A stretch of 64,000 bases of DNA. It comes from Cenococcum geophilum (Eukaryota). Below, piece by piece: positions 52,564 to 64,000 of this stretch. The DNA lies in assembly GCA_050273025.1 (NCBI GenBank), contig CP158635.1, positions 7,254,001 through 7,318,000 of the forward strand, in the 5' to 3' direction. The translations under genes and the position numbers were made by a program. The notes beneath the pieces are model-generated. The model was given only the letters and a program-made list of their open reading frames with translations, ran no database searches and had not been told where the DNA came from. Position 1 is the stretch's first letter; each line of letters begins with the position of its first letter.

Positions 52564-55500
52564 ATAACAACGTAAGGAGCCGCATTTGTTGCTATTATAA
52601 TAGGCTTAATAAATCGCCAGTGCCCTAAATGTAAGTATACAATTTCTACCATGGGTAGATTAGCGCGATATAAGCTATACTGTAAAGCTATAGGTATAGA
52701 CTATCTTAACTAACAGGATAATATCTATCCTATAATTTAGGCTTAAGTAGATATATATAAAGATGACGGGTTTACTATAGAATAATGGGTATATAACCTT
52801 ATAGTAACTAACATCGCTATTAATAATACTTTATTAACTATTATAGGAGATATCGGCTTAATATTAGTAGAGGAGCTAAGCTATATAGCACCCGTAGAAC
52901 AACTAACTAGTACCAAAACGCACAGTTATATAGCAATAAGCCTCTCTACCTTAGATATTTATTACGCCTAAACTTATTATAAAGTAACTAGCCGCTATAT
53001 AGGAACCCCGCTTAGCCACATAGAGGGAAACTCTAATTAGTAGTTTACTATAGATTGCGACTACCTGCTAAGGCCTAGCTAGCTAGTAAATGGAATAAAT
53101 AAAGGCAATAATATGTTTTACCCTTTTATAAGCTCTGTAGAATGGGCGTAAGTTGCCTAGTAGGTATATAATAGTACGTTAATAAAAGAAATAGACGCGT
53201 GGTTATAAGACCCCTATATTAAAAATATAAGGGACGGATATATATTATGCTAAAATACAAAAAAAGTTAAGATAAAACTACGTTTTATTTTTAAAGGTGT
53301 AAGTAATAAGAGCTGGTAAATTATAGAACTTAATATATACGGCAAAAACCTAAAGATATACCACTATAATATACTTAGCGTGGTAGCCTTCCTAATTAGT
53401 TATTTCCTATTTAAAGATAATATAGTTTATTCTCCTATTTATTAATTAAATGTAAAAGGTAATAGAGTATATAACGAGGTATATACGGCTAACCGTTAGT
53501 AAAAGATATAAGATTAATTACCTAATAGTGCGACGGCTATTATAGTAATACCTAGTAGCGACTAAACTAAGCTAACTATACTATTTAGAGATAAAAAGGC
53601 GTATCTAGTTTATATTATAATACTTAATATCTTATTAAAGACTTAACGTGCAGCTAGTAGGCTAGTAATACTTCTGCTAGGTTATATACCTATAAACTTA
53701 CTAAGTAACTAGATAAACAAACTGGATATATACTATTAAGTAATAAGTATTATGTTTAAACGTAAGTATTTGCCTTAGTAGTGTATTGGTACTTAAGTTA
53801 ATATAAAAGCTAGCCCTTAAACGCGCTACTAGGCGCGGTATACTAATATAATACGCGGATAGGTTTATCCGGTAATGTTACTTTATACTTACTAGGTTTA
53901 TAGCAGATTATAAAAAGTAGGTTATATTAATAGAAGTAAAATTAGGGTAATACTATATAATATGTTACGTACCGCCTTATAAACGAGGTAACCTACTAAG
54001 TACTATATTTGGCAAATAGCTATAACGGACGCATAAATTAACTATTAAGCAACTTAAATAATAGTAGAACTTGCAGTTAAATCACAGCGACCCTAAATAT
54101 ATTAGGCCAATTTAAAATTTTGCCTAGTCCTATTATATAGTAGATATACATACTATAATGGCCCCTAATTTATTATACTAGCTATATAAAGGCATTACGG
54201 AGCATTTAATAAGCTAGCTTTAGGCATTACTACTTAATATTAAGAAAGAGAAAGGAAGGGTTCTAATAACTAATTAGAGTAGTGTAAAAACTCTATTATC
54301 TACTAAGGATAGGGTAAAACGTCTTTTAACTATATAATTTGCTAAGGTTAAACCCTTTAAGGATATAATTAGGTGGGATAACTTTGTAGAGTTAAGCTAA
54401 TGGACTAGAAAGATATATAAGTCCTTCTTTAATAGATTATACTAGTTATGGTACCGTTGCTATATAGGCATAAGGGGGCAATGCTGTTTATTTATGCTAT
54501 AGTTAACTTTATATTATTAGCCGAATATAAATTATATAATAAAGATACGATTAAATATCTTAAAGCTGTATTATATTAAATGGATAAAACTAAAGAGGTA
54601 TTTTTACTATACCGACCTAATAATAAAAACCTACCTAATTTTAATATACCTAAACTTTATGCAATTTCCTACTATCCGGAGATAATTTATATATTTAGCG
54701 CCCTAATAGGAACTATAATAGAGCACGGCAAAAGGGCATATATTTTTAGAAGAATTTTTATTAAAGATTAAATAAGCGTAAAGGGTATAAAAAGTAAATG
54801 ATTTATCTTAATATGGAATTAATAAACACTATAGTAATACAAGAAATGGAGATATAGGAAAATATAAGGCCAATATTAGCAGCTAATACTATAGAAGATT
54901 TATATATTGCATTATTATTAGGCATAGTTAACCTAATAGACGAGCCGTATAGATGGGATTGCTGCTAGTTAACTAACTAAATGTTTTTAATGCGCGGAAT
55001 AAACCCAAATTTATAGCGTAGAGCCTACGAAATTTAGACTAGGCTAGGTATTAATAAATTTATTATAAAACTAGCTTTATTTATACGGGAATGTTATAAG
55101 CGAGTTAATAGTATATAAGTAACGGATTTAGACATTAAGCGCCTTAAAATGGATGCAGCCTAGGTATAAGATTTACCTATTAGTATTTATTACTCTATAA
55201 TATGCCATACCTAACGCGGTAAAGACTTCTATAATCTTAATCAACTATATAAAGTATAGGCACGCTATAATCCAGTCTAGATGCTGACTACTGCCCTATA
55301 AAGGGACTAAGTTCTTATATAAGAATATAAGAACGCACTAGATAGAATAAAGGGAACGCGGGCTGCTTATTTAGAATTACTGGTATTAGTATAGGACTTA
55401 AATTATATAGATAAAAATAGTAGATACTAAGTATACTATAGAGTACTTTTTAAGCTATTCCGTCCATATAATAGAGGTAAGGTAAATCCTTTTAATAGGA

Positions 55501-55740
55501 TAATTAAAGTGGAACGATTTCCTATAAATATAGCGCAAAATAGATAAAACCTAGACGGCTACTAAATATATAACATTTCCTATATTAAGAGACCTATATA
55601 ACTAATACCAACTTTACTAAATAAAAGAAAAACGTTTTAAATAAACTCATATATAGATTAGGATATATACAATTAATTCTATAATAACAATTTTCTTTAG
55701 ATTAATAGCATACGTGTAAATAAGTTTATAAAGAAATAAA
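52564..55740 (+). pseudogene. Plavaka transposase with N-terminal C2H2-like zinc finger, RIP-inactivated
   Basis: QCPKCK.TISTMGRLAR(H) at ~52615. Signature RVYNEVYTA(D)R(WWE).QD(Q)LP(DG)ATAI.VI..SD(Q)TKLT.LF(G)DKKAY(P)VYI.I.NI at 53460-53630. Intron GTAAGT at 53762. LPNFNIPKL(H)AISYYPE.I..F.A at ~54630. Confidence 0.85.
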
Positions 55741-56799
55741 AATCTAAAACTAAGCTTCTAATTAAATTATAGGAGGCCTTAGAACGAAAATAAAAACGGC
55801 TAATATAATTAATAGGGAATCCAGTATATTTAATCCCTAGGAATTTGGGCAAATTAGCTATAAAATAGGGTAAATTGGCTATAAGATAAGGCAAGATAGA
55901 GAGAAGTTAAGAAAGCTGTTAGTTGGCTTAAAGGCGGAGGCAGCGTGTCCAATATATAGGTAAATTAAGTAGTGGAGGGGCTCGTTAGAGTAAGAGGCTG
56001 GCTAGCTATACGTATTTTAGCGAATTTTGTATTAGCAAAGTAGTATAATAACCCCCCCTCTTTTGCCTTTCTCTTCCGATTTACCGCACGTTTTTCTTTA
56101 ATAGGCTTTATTTTTATAATAATCTCTACCTTTATAGTTTAAGCTTCTTCTATCTATTCGTAATTGAGTATATTAACTCTATTAATATTTAGGGCTAAAT
56201 TAATAGCTAATCTTTATAACTGTCGCTTCTTAATATATAGAATAGCCTTATGCTACTCCTCTATAAAGGCTCTCCTTAAGTTTTAAATATAAAATAACTT
56301 TATTAGCTTATTGCCTAAGCTAATACGCTTTAAAGGAGACTTTAGGTAAAAAAGGCGGAAATAGCGCGATTAAACTAACTTTACGTCTTAGGTGTATTTA
56401 TAGGCTAATTAGGTATAAATAGAAGCTTTGGAGTACGTCTTAATAAGGGGGGAGAATAAGGATAACCATTAAGCACTTACTGCTTAGGTGGTGTTAACCT
56501 ACTAAACCGCTAGAAAATGTTAGCTATATCTATATAAATTGGTTAAATTCTTATATTTTTATAGGTAGTTATAACGCTTTTGCCCGTAAAGATTAGCTTT
56601 AGTACTTACTTATTAGTAGGAATTCTTAATATTAGGTAGCTAACGGCAAGATAATACGGTAATTTGCCGTAATTTGCCCTAAATAGGCTGTGATAGGCCT
56701 AAGCTCCCTAGCAGAATATTAAAACCTACCCCTTTACTCCTCTATTTCGTTAACTATATCTATACTAGTAAATATACGATTTAAAAGTGTTATACTTTA

Positions 56800-58500
56800 T
56801 CTTTGTATCTTTATAGACTTCTTTAACTTTTATATTAGTTATACTAAAGGTTTACCAACCTCTACTATCCTAAAAGAATATAACTATAGTTTCTAAAAAA
56901 AAAATAAGGTATAGATTACCCTTTATATAACTGCTTAAAATACTAATATATACTTACGACTAAGGGAAAGGTAAAAGAAATAGCACTATTAGTGTAAGAA
57001 GAATCTAGGAACGTATAAGCGAACGGTAGTCGGGCTAAAGTACTATAAATTGTATATGCCCGGTAGCATATAGCTAACTATAGTAGACAGCTATATATGG
57101 CGACGGAGTATCTAGAAATAGTATCCTAAAACGTTAATTAGATATAAATAGCGGTTTTAAAGAAGATAGATACCTAGTGCCTTAGGGTAAAGCGCACCGC
57201 CGATAACTCCAGTAGAGTTTAGATAAAGAATCTCTAGATCTATATATACGGAATTTAACCGTAGTATTTATTATATAAACTCTATTCCTTTATACCTGTA
57301 ATACTTTAGCAGCGGTTATAAGTCCTAAATTGCCCTAATAAGCAGCTTTAACGCTACCGTCCCTTTACTAAAGGGCTTATTTCTAGTGGCGAAGATAATA
57401 CTATAGCTAAGCCAGTTTACGCGGCGTTTATACATAGTAATAAACCGTAAAAGGCTTAATATAGTATAGATATAGTCAGAAGATAGTAAGGATTAGGTTG
57501 TAGTAGTAAACTAAAACTAAAACCTACGGATAAACTAGTATTAAAAACTGCCGTGTGCTTTTTTCTAATGTTTATAATATTAGGCAACGCTCCTAAAGGT
57601 ATTCCTCTTATACTATAGCTAGAAGGGAGTATAATAACTCTGGAAAAGATAATAGACTTAGTATAGGATAAAGTAGTAGAGTATAATATGGTTTTTAAAG
57701 GCGATAGTCCTAGCAAGGCTATATATAAACCGTCGCCATTAATATATCGCATGGTAAGCTACCTTTTATCGCTTCTATATATACTAACATAAAATAGATA
57801 TATAATACCCTAAGCGTGTTTTGGTATAAACTATTAAAACACATCTAATATTGCGTAAAGGCTAAGTACTTATTTAGAAAACTCTCTAAGTAAGAAATAA
57901 TTACTAAAGTAGAAGAGCTACTCTATATAGATAACTTTTAATACTCTAAAATAGTATATATAGCTATACTACCTTAGTACCCTCCTAACTATTCATAGGG
58001 CGAGTAATCCTACTTTATAGTATTAGTTATTATAACAGGTCTCTCTAAGTTATTCTTTAAAGGAAAGTGGTAATTTAGGTTTAGTATAGATACGCAGCAC
58101 TTTCTGCCTAATTAACCCTAGGGCAGTTATGCTAATTTATATAATAATCCGCCACGCTATTAATAAATAGAAAAGTAGTAGCTTTATTTAATAAAAGTTT
58201 AAAGCAGGTGCCAATCTTTATAGTAATTTATTCTTTCTTTACTCTTATTCTAACTACCTAGGCTACGCCGTAACTAATTTTAATATTAGCCGCCTGGGGA
58301 TAAATAAAGGCTATATAGGTAGATTAGTTAATAGAGCGCTAGAACTAGATTTTAGGGCTTTTGTAATAGGGCGTCTTAAAGAGACTTTAAGTAACTATAT
58401 ATAGTAATAACCCTGCTATATAAGTAATTCCAAATTTATTTAAATATAATTTTAATAATCTTTTTAACCTAGACTCTAACTATAATATAGGATTTAATAA
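56800..58500 (+). pseudogene. Second ORF downstream of the transposase, DUF6532-like C-terminus (tentative)
   Basis: Intron GTAAGC...CTAAC..TAG at ~57753-57798. Frame FC.I.PRAVMLI(CT).IRHAI(DEW)KS(G)SF....F.AGANLY resembles the DUF6532 pattern from memory. Boundaries approximate. Confidence 0.35.
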
Positions 58501-58607
58501 GCAGCGCTTTAATATACTTTTATTGGTATATAACTACTTATAATAATAGTTTTAGACTAATGCTTATATCTAGGTACTTAACGCGTCCCTTTCCTTAAAC
58601 CTAGATA

Positions 58608-58743
58608 CAGTACTAGGACAAAAGTCTTTGCGTCTAAGCGATTTCACACCAAAACTCACCATATTCGCAGTATAATTTCTACTACTATAAATTATAAATT
58701 TATTCTAAAAAAATTAATAATTAAAAATAAATAGTATTCCTAA
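58608..58743. mobile_element. Probable Tc1-like terminus cut by the Copia insertion
   Basis: TA followed by CAGTACTAGGACAAAAGT, similar to the Tc1 CAGT...CAAAA terminus. No partner end in the window. Confidence 0.4.
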
Positions 58744-61700
58744 TATTAGTTACACAAGGTAATATTACGTAGCTACGGTTCGTAGATAGTATAATAATTA
58801 TTATTCTTCTTAATATCCTTAAAGAAAGGGGTAAGGAACTTAAGGTTCCTTACCACGCTAGTGCCGCGGCGGCACGTAACGGTAACTTGCCGCATATAAC
58901 GGCAATATACCTTATATGCCTTTATTCCCAACACTGGCAACTCTTTTTTTATAGTTGCTATCTATATATATATAGACCGCTTAACTAGCGGAATAAAAAT
59001 TAATTCTCCTTACTTACTATTGCCATTGTAATATAAGTCTCGCTGTCTTAAAATTTGCCTCTTAGCACGTAATGCTTTCTTAATTATAAGTTGTGGGTAG
59101 GTATCTTATTGGTAGGGCCGCTAAGGCGCTAGCGGTAAGCGAACTAATAGCGATTTTCCATCTTAGGGATAGAAAATCCTAATTAGCTGGTTTAAGTCAG
59201 GGTCTGTAGAATATAACTAATTAGACAACTTTAACCGCCGGTCAAAGTTCCTGGACATCTTAAGACCTTACGTAACTAAGAAATTTCTAGGGACTCCCTT
59301 TTAACCTAACCTTTAACTCATATATATAGAGTATTTATATTAATAAGCGTCTCTAGTGCCTTGTTTAGGTTCGCCTTTATTATTATATTTACTAGGTTAT
59401 CTTAGCCATTAATCTATTAAATTTTAAAGAGTTCTTAACGCTTATAGGATTGCTAAAGTGCCATAATATCGATTATAAGGCGCTTCTCCTTTATAGTACT
59501 AAGCTTAACTAAACACTTATAGAGGGAATATAAGTTAGTGTATATAATTATAGGGATAATAGGAAGTTTGAGTCAATCTATAATTATCTTTAGGGTAGTT
59601 CCAATTGTAATTGCTATATTAACTCTGCTAACCATTCTATATATCTCTAACGCTAGAACGCTTTAAGTAACGCGCTTACTCTTAGTTAAGCTCTAATAGA
59701 TAAGATTGCTATAGATTATAAAGTTATTCTCTCTAGTAGATTTATTCGCGATAATAATTTTATATTTTAGCTAGGAGCTAAAGTCTTTATTATTTATAAA
59801 TAATCTATTAACAAATATAAAGAGCTTAGCGGTAGGAAGATTAATAGGCACGTAGAGTAGTCCCTAATTAAGATAGTTTATTTACTAGGAAAGACGCTTA
59901 TTTAGGGTAAGAATATCTTCCTTAGTTAGTTCCTGGTGTTAAGCGGCAACTAAGAGATTAAAGGAAGCCTCGGGTTAATAGATAAAAGCAATATAAGCTC
60001 CGCAAGCGCGTTACTCCATATATTCTTACTTTAGAGAATTAACATTAATAATATTAATTTTCTTGCCTTAACCCTTCTAGCGTAAAGCAATGGTTCCCGT
60101 AGTTATAATAAAAAAGTATAGATTAAATATAAATATAGTTATTAAAAGTTTCTCTTTGTGGTGCTTACTATAGGTGGCCCACTAATAAGTTTCTGCCTCT
60201 GCAATTCTATATAACGGCTTAAGTATAACCATAATTATATCTTCGGGATATTAGTGGCGAATTTACTCTAAAAGGTATGCTAATATTAAGCGCTAAAGGT
60301 ATATTTTTAATTGGGTATAGGCCTAAGTAATATCTCGCAAATAGACCGCTATTCCATTCTTTATTAAGGAGGGAGCTAGCGCAATAATAACTCGCTAACT
60401 AGCTCGTTAAATTATGGGAGATTATATAAGAATTACCTCCTTACCATTGTCGTTATAGCCTTGGATAATAAGCCTTAATTTCTTAAATAGGGCGTTAGTA
60501 GCTTTGCCCTTAATCTCGTTAACTATTCTTAACTTAAAGATGCGAACTCTATTGAACTTAATAGGGTTATACTTCTTAAATTTAAAGACTCCTTTTGCAA
60601 TAAGACCGTTAATCTCCTGCTTGTCGGATACTTAGAAAGGAGCTCCTAGGGTTATAATATAACCTTCCTTTTAGAGCTATTTTACGAGCTTAAAGTTAGC
60701 CTTCTCTTTGGCTATTATAAAGGCTATTAATAACTTAACTCCATTCTTAATAGCAGCAATAAATTGTTCTTTAAAATTAATAAGATATTAGCAATTTTGT
60801 AATCCCTTTAGGCGACCTCTACCGCGTTACGGTTATAGCGCATCTACTACAATTATATTGGGATCGTAATCGCCTTCTAGAGTATATTAATTATAGTTCT
60901 CTTCTAGGGCATCTTCTAGGGCATCCTATAAAGGCTCAGAATTATTATCTTTATAATAAGGCTTAATAATAGTTAAATAGAATTAAGTGGGTCTGTAAGG
61001 CATCTAAATAGTATAAGTTTAACTATTAATTATAATAAGTTAGTATAGGCCTAACCATCTTCCCTTTTTATGCTATACGCGTACTTTAGACTGGAGTGGC
61101 AGATTAAGCGTAGTTAAGGTATTTGGGCCATTTCTTATTCCTAGTGCGTTATTAACCTAGTATATAGCGTAGAGACGTTACACCTCCTTTATTGCCTTAT
61201 AAATAGCCTTAGCTTATTACACGATAGAGGGAGATAGTAGAGAATTATTAGTTATTTAAGGGTAGGCGCTAAAGACTAGTAATATAAGTATAAGTCTATC
61301 CGGGCCAGCAGAATTGTTAATAGCTTTAACAGCTATTTATAAGGTAAGTTCTTTGCTAGTATCCTTTAGTTCTAAAGAAATAATCTTATATACGCGGCGT
61401 AATGGCGCGTAATATTACTCTACTTTTTTAATACTATTATATGCCTTAATGGGGACTTCCTTAACCTTAATTGCTATTGCCTTTATCTGCTATCGGAACT
61501 CTATAGATAAGAAGTTCTTTCCTATATTATAGATAATTTAATTAGGGGGTCCTAAATAGATATTAATCTAGTATAACTAAAGGGTATCCTATACGTTTCT
61601 GGCTAATATATCTTTTAAGAAACGCGCGGCTTAGAAGAAGGTTAAGAAGTTAATAACTTAGAGTACTAGCTTGCCGCTAAGATATATAACATTAATAATA

Positions 61701-64000
61701 ATATAGAAGTTAAAGTTATAGTTATTTTTAAGGGTAAACTTAAATCGGCTAGGGGACTTCTGGTTTATTTAGTAGTAATAGTAGTACTTTATAAGATGCT
61801 TAATTGCCTTAATCTTAACTTTATAGCCTACTTGCTAAAGAACCCTAAGCAATTAATAAACGGATGGGTGGCCAAAACGACGGTATAGTTGGCGTAATTC
61901 TAACTTAGTTAAGTAGCTCTAAGCAACACTCTTTTCTAGTTAATAAAGGAGCAACTAGGGGTAACCCTACTTGTGTATAACGGGCACCCGATTATCTCCC
62001 TAAATAAGTATATTCTTAAGGTTATTAAGCCTAACGCCTAATTTATTTATATTTATAATATAAAATAAAAACGGAGTGTTTATAGGGATAATATAGAAAG
62101 TGATATATCCTAAGGGGGTTTAGACCCTAATTATGCTAAAAGAGATTATAGTACCCTTACCAAAACAAATCGTGTGTTGGCCTACTGTTAAATAGTTAAT
62201 CTAAATAGAGCTATTAAGCTACTAAAGGGCTTAAACTTAAGGTTCTCCTACTATAGATACTCCTGCGGCTCTAGTATCCGGCATAATACTATAGAAGACG
62301 TTCGCTAAGTATCTGTCGTTAAAGGAAAACGCGGAGCTCTCCTTTAGCTTATTAAAGATATCTAACTTCGTAATAGAATGGAGCGTAGATTAGTCATTAA
62401 GAACAGCAACGGTTTATATACTATTTACCTCACCATACTCAGTAAAGTATTAGTTAGGTAAGTAGTCCTTAATTTCTATATCTATAAGGAGCTGTTTAAC
62501 CTTATTAACCTTACCCTTAAGATCTTCTACGCCTTCGTATTAAACTAAAAAGCTTTAAAAGTAGGCCGCAGTAACCTTATAATTTCTAACATTTCTTATA
62601 CTCTAACGGAACCTATTATATGCCTTTTTTTGTTTATTAAGGGAGTATCTAGTTAACTAGCAATTTAGCTTCTTATAAACGTAGCACTTCTTTTAGTAAT
62701 TACTTTAAAATAAACCTCTACGAGGACCTCTATAATTACCTTATAGTTAATATTAATCGTACCCTCTTCTGTATTCCCTACTACGGCCACTATATATTTG
62801 ATTAGTCTAGTTATAATTATATTAGTCAGGAATACTTAGTTAGGTAGGGTTTTCGGTATAAAACTATTAAGATTCTTATATTCGTATTATAGTACCTATA
62901 GTAGAGCGTAGCTTAGCATATACTCCTTTAAACGTATCCGCAGGTTTATATAGCGCTAAGTTATACTTAGGAACGCCACAGTATGCTAAGATAACCTAGT
63001 CCCTTAGGCTGTTCTTATTTTAGTAAGTTTTGGTAAAGCCATATTAGATTTTCTAGAGTTTATTAAAGAGTAGTTAAAGGTACTCTAAATAAGTCTTTAT
63101 TAGGTTAAAAGCAATAACTCTTTAGAACGTAGTTTCCCGCCATTCGGATATATAAAGTTGGCGATTCTTATTAGTCTTAAAGTGAGCTTTAGTAAGCTAA
63201 AGCATTACATTAAAGCTATAGTTTTTACCTATAATATAGTTGTAATAGAATATTGCTACCCATCCCTTTAATATAATAGAGAAAGTGTGGTGGTACTAGT
63301 AGTATTAAATTCTAACCTTATTGCAACAGTTATAAAAGACCTATAGTTTTACTCTAAGTATATTATACAGTTCTCCTCTAAACTTCTTTTCTTCGTCTAA
63401 GTATACCTTTATTAGATTCGTAACTTCTTATAGTAAAGGGTTACCGGTTAGCTGGAGTAGAAAAGCTAGAGGCAGCGGTAGAGGATAAGTACCTCTAGGT
63501 GGGAGAGTAGCGTTCTAGGGGTTTTGTTTTAAATTAAAGTTGCCTTTTAAAGAATATGGGTTAGTTCTAAGTTTCCGTAGTTAACGTATAATCTTAGCTT
63601 CTATCTATACTGGTTCTTCTATACTAATAATAACGGCCTAAATATTGCTAGCGATTGGGTTACTATTCTTAGTAATATATACCCCGTTCCTACGGAGGAA
63701 GTCTTAAAAATCCTAAACAATATTAATATTGCTAAGTGCCCAGGTGTTAGCGGTCCATCCTATAAAATCCTCCCTAAAATATTCCCATAGCTGTATATTG
63801 GCGTAGTATCTACTTTAGTAGAATATAATACGGTGTAGGAGAAAGCTATTAACTTATTTTGCGGTATAAGTTATTATATTAAAGGTAAATTCGTCCTAAT
63901 TTTCATTAATAAGTTTCGCGTATAAAGCTACCCCTAGTAGTAAGGAGTCTTCCCAGTCGTTTAAAGTAGGTGTAGCTATATTTTTAGAGGGAGGGAAGTG
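58744..64000 (-). mobile_element. Ty1/Copia retrotransposon (fungal GalEa-like); 3' LTR 58744-58933; runs beyond the window
   Basis: AAAAGAGTTGCCAG precedes TGTTGGG. Integrase LRQL(H)RRFGHPSV at ~61870 lies upstream of RT (RVRIF..; ..RL..Q.YND at ~60450-60560) and RNase H, which is the Copia domain order. Confidence 0.93.

Larger units (their letters stand above)
16377..58600. mobile_element. Candidate giant Plavaka/CMC-like DNA transposon with cargo (right end not identified)
   Basis: The Gypsy pol stops abruptly at CATTAGGATTTTTTTGGGCGGCC, which resembles the CATCAGC TIR and is followed by 10-bp GCGGCGACTT repeats. A Plavaka transposase lies downstream and all intervening sequence is RIP-mutated. 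Confidence 0.5.

Noticed and set aside
55697..57752. Minus-strand ORFs 55697-55894 and 57456-57752 as real genes
   Set aside because: Ile/Leu/Tyr-rich RIP artefacts. The second overlaps a more plausible spliced plus-strand frame.
58540..58565. CTAATG as the right terminus of the large element
   Set aside because: Only a 6-bp match, not followed by TT, no subterminal repeats, and no resumed Gypsy integrase.

Overview
AT-rich, heavily RIP-mutated (TpA excess, CpA/TpG depletion) repeat block from a filamentous ascomycete. I found no intact host gene; almost every base belongs to nested, pseudogenised transposons. From left to right: two nested minus-strand LTR/gag fragments; a Crypton (tyrosine recombinase + GCR1_C); a full DD34E Tc1 element with a long Pro/Gln tail; a Fot1/pogo 5' fragment; and a Gypsy pol interrupted by a non-autonomous LTR element, which itself carries a solo LTR and a 1.6-kb CAT-terminal DNA element. 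From 16377 onward there is a candidate giant Plavaka (CMC-like) DNA element. It has a CATTAG terminus with subterminal repeats, two diverged intron-containing SNF2 helicase paralogs each followed by a 75-bp repeat array, unassigned ORFs, a C2H2-Plavaka transposase and a DUF6532-like ORF. Three chromoviral Gypsy elements and a MITE were later inserted into it. A Copia element runs off the right end. A ~120-170 nt hairpin-rich motif is shared between the 3' UTRs of the Copia and one Gypsy family. All protein calls come from manual translation with RIP-type transitions mentally reverted; no database searches were run.
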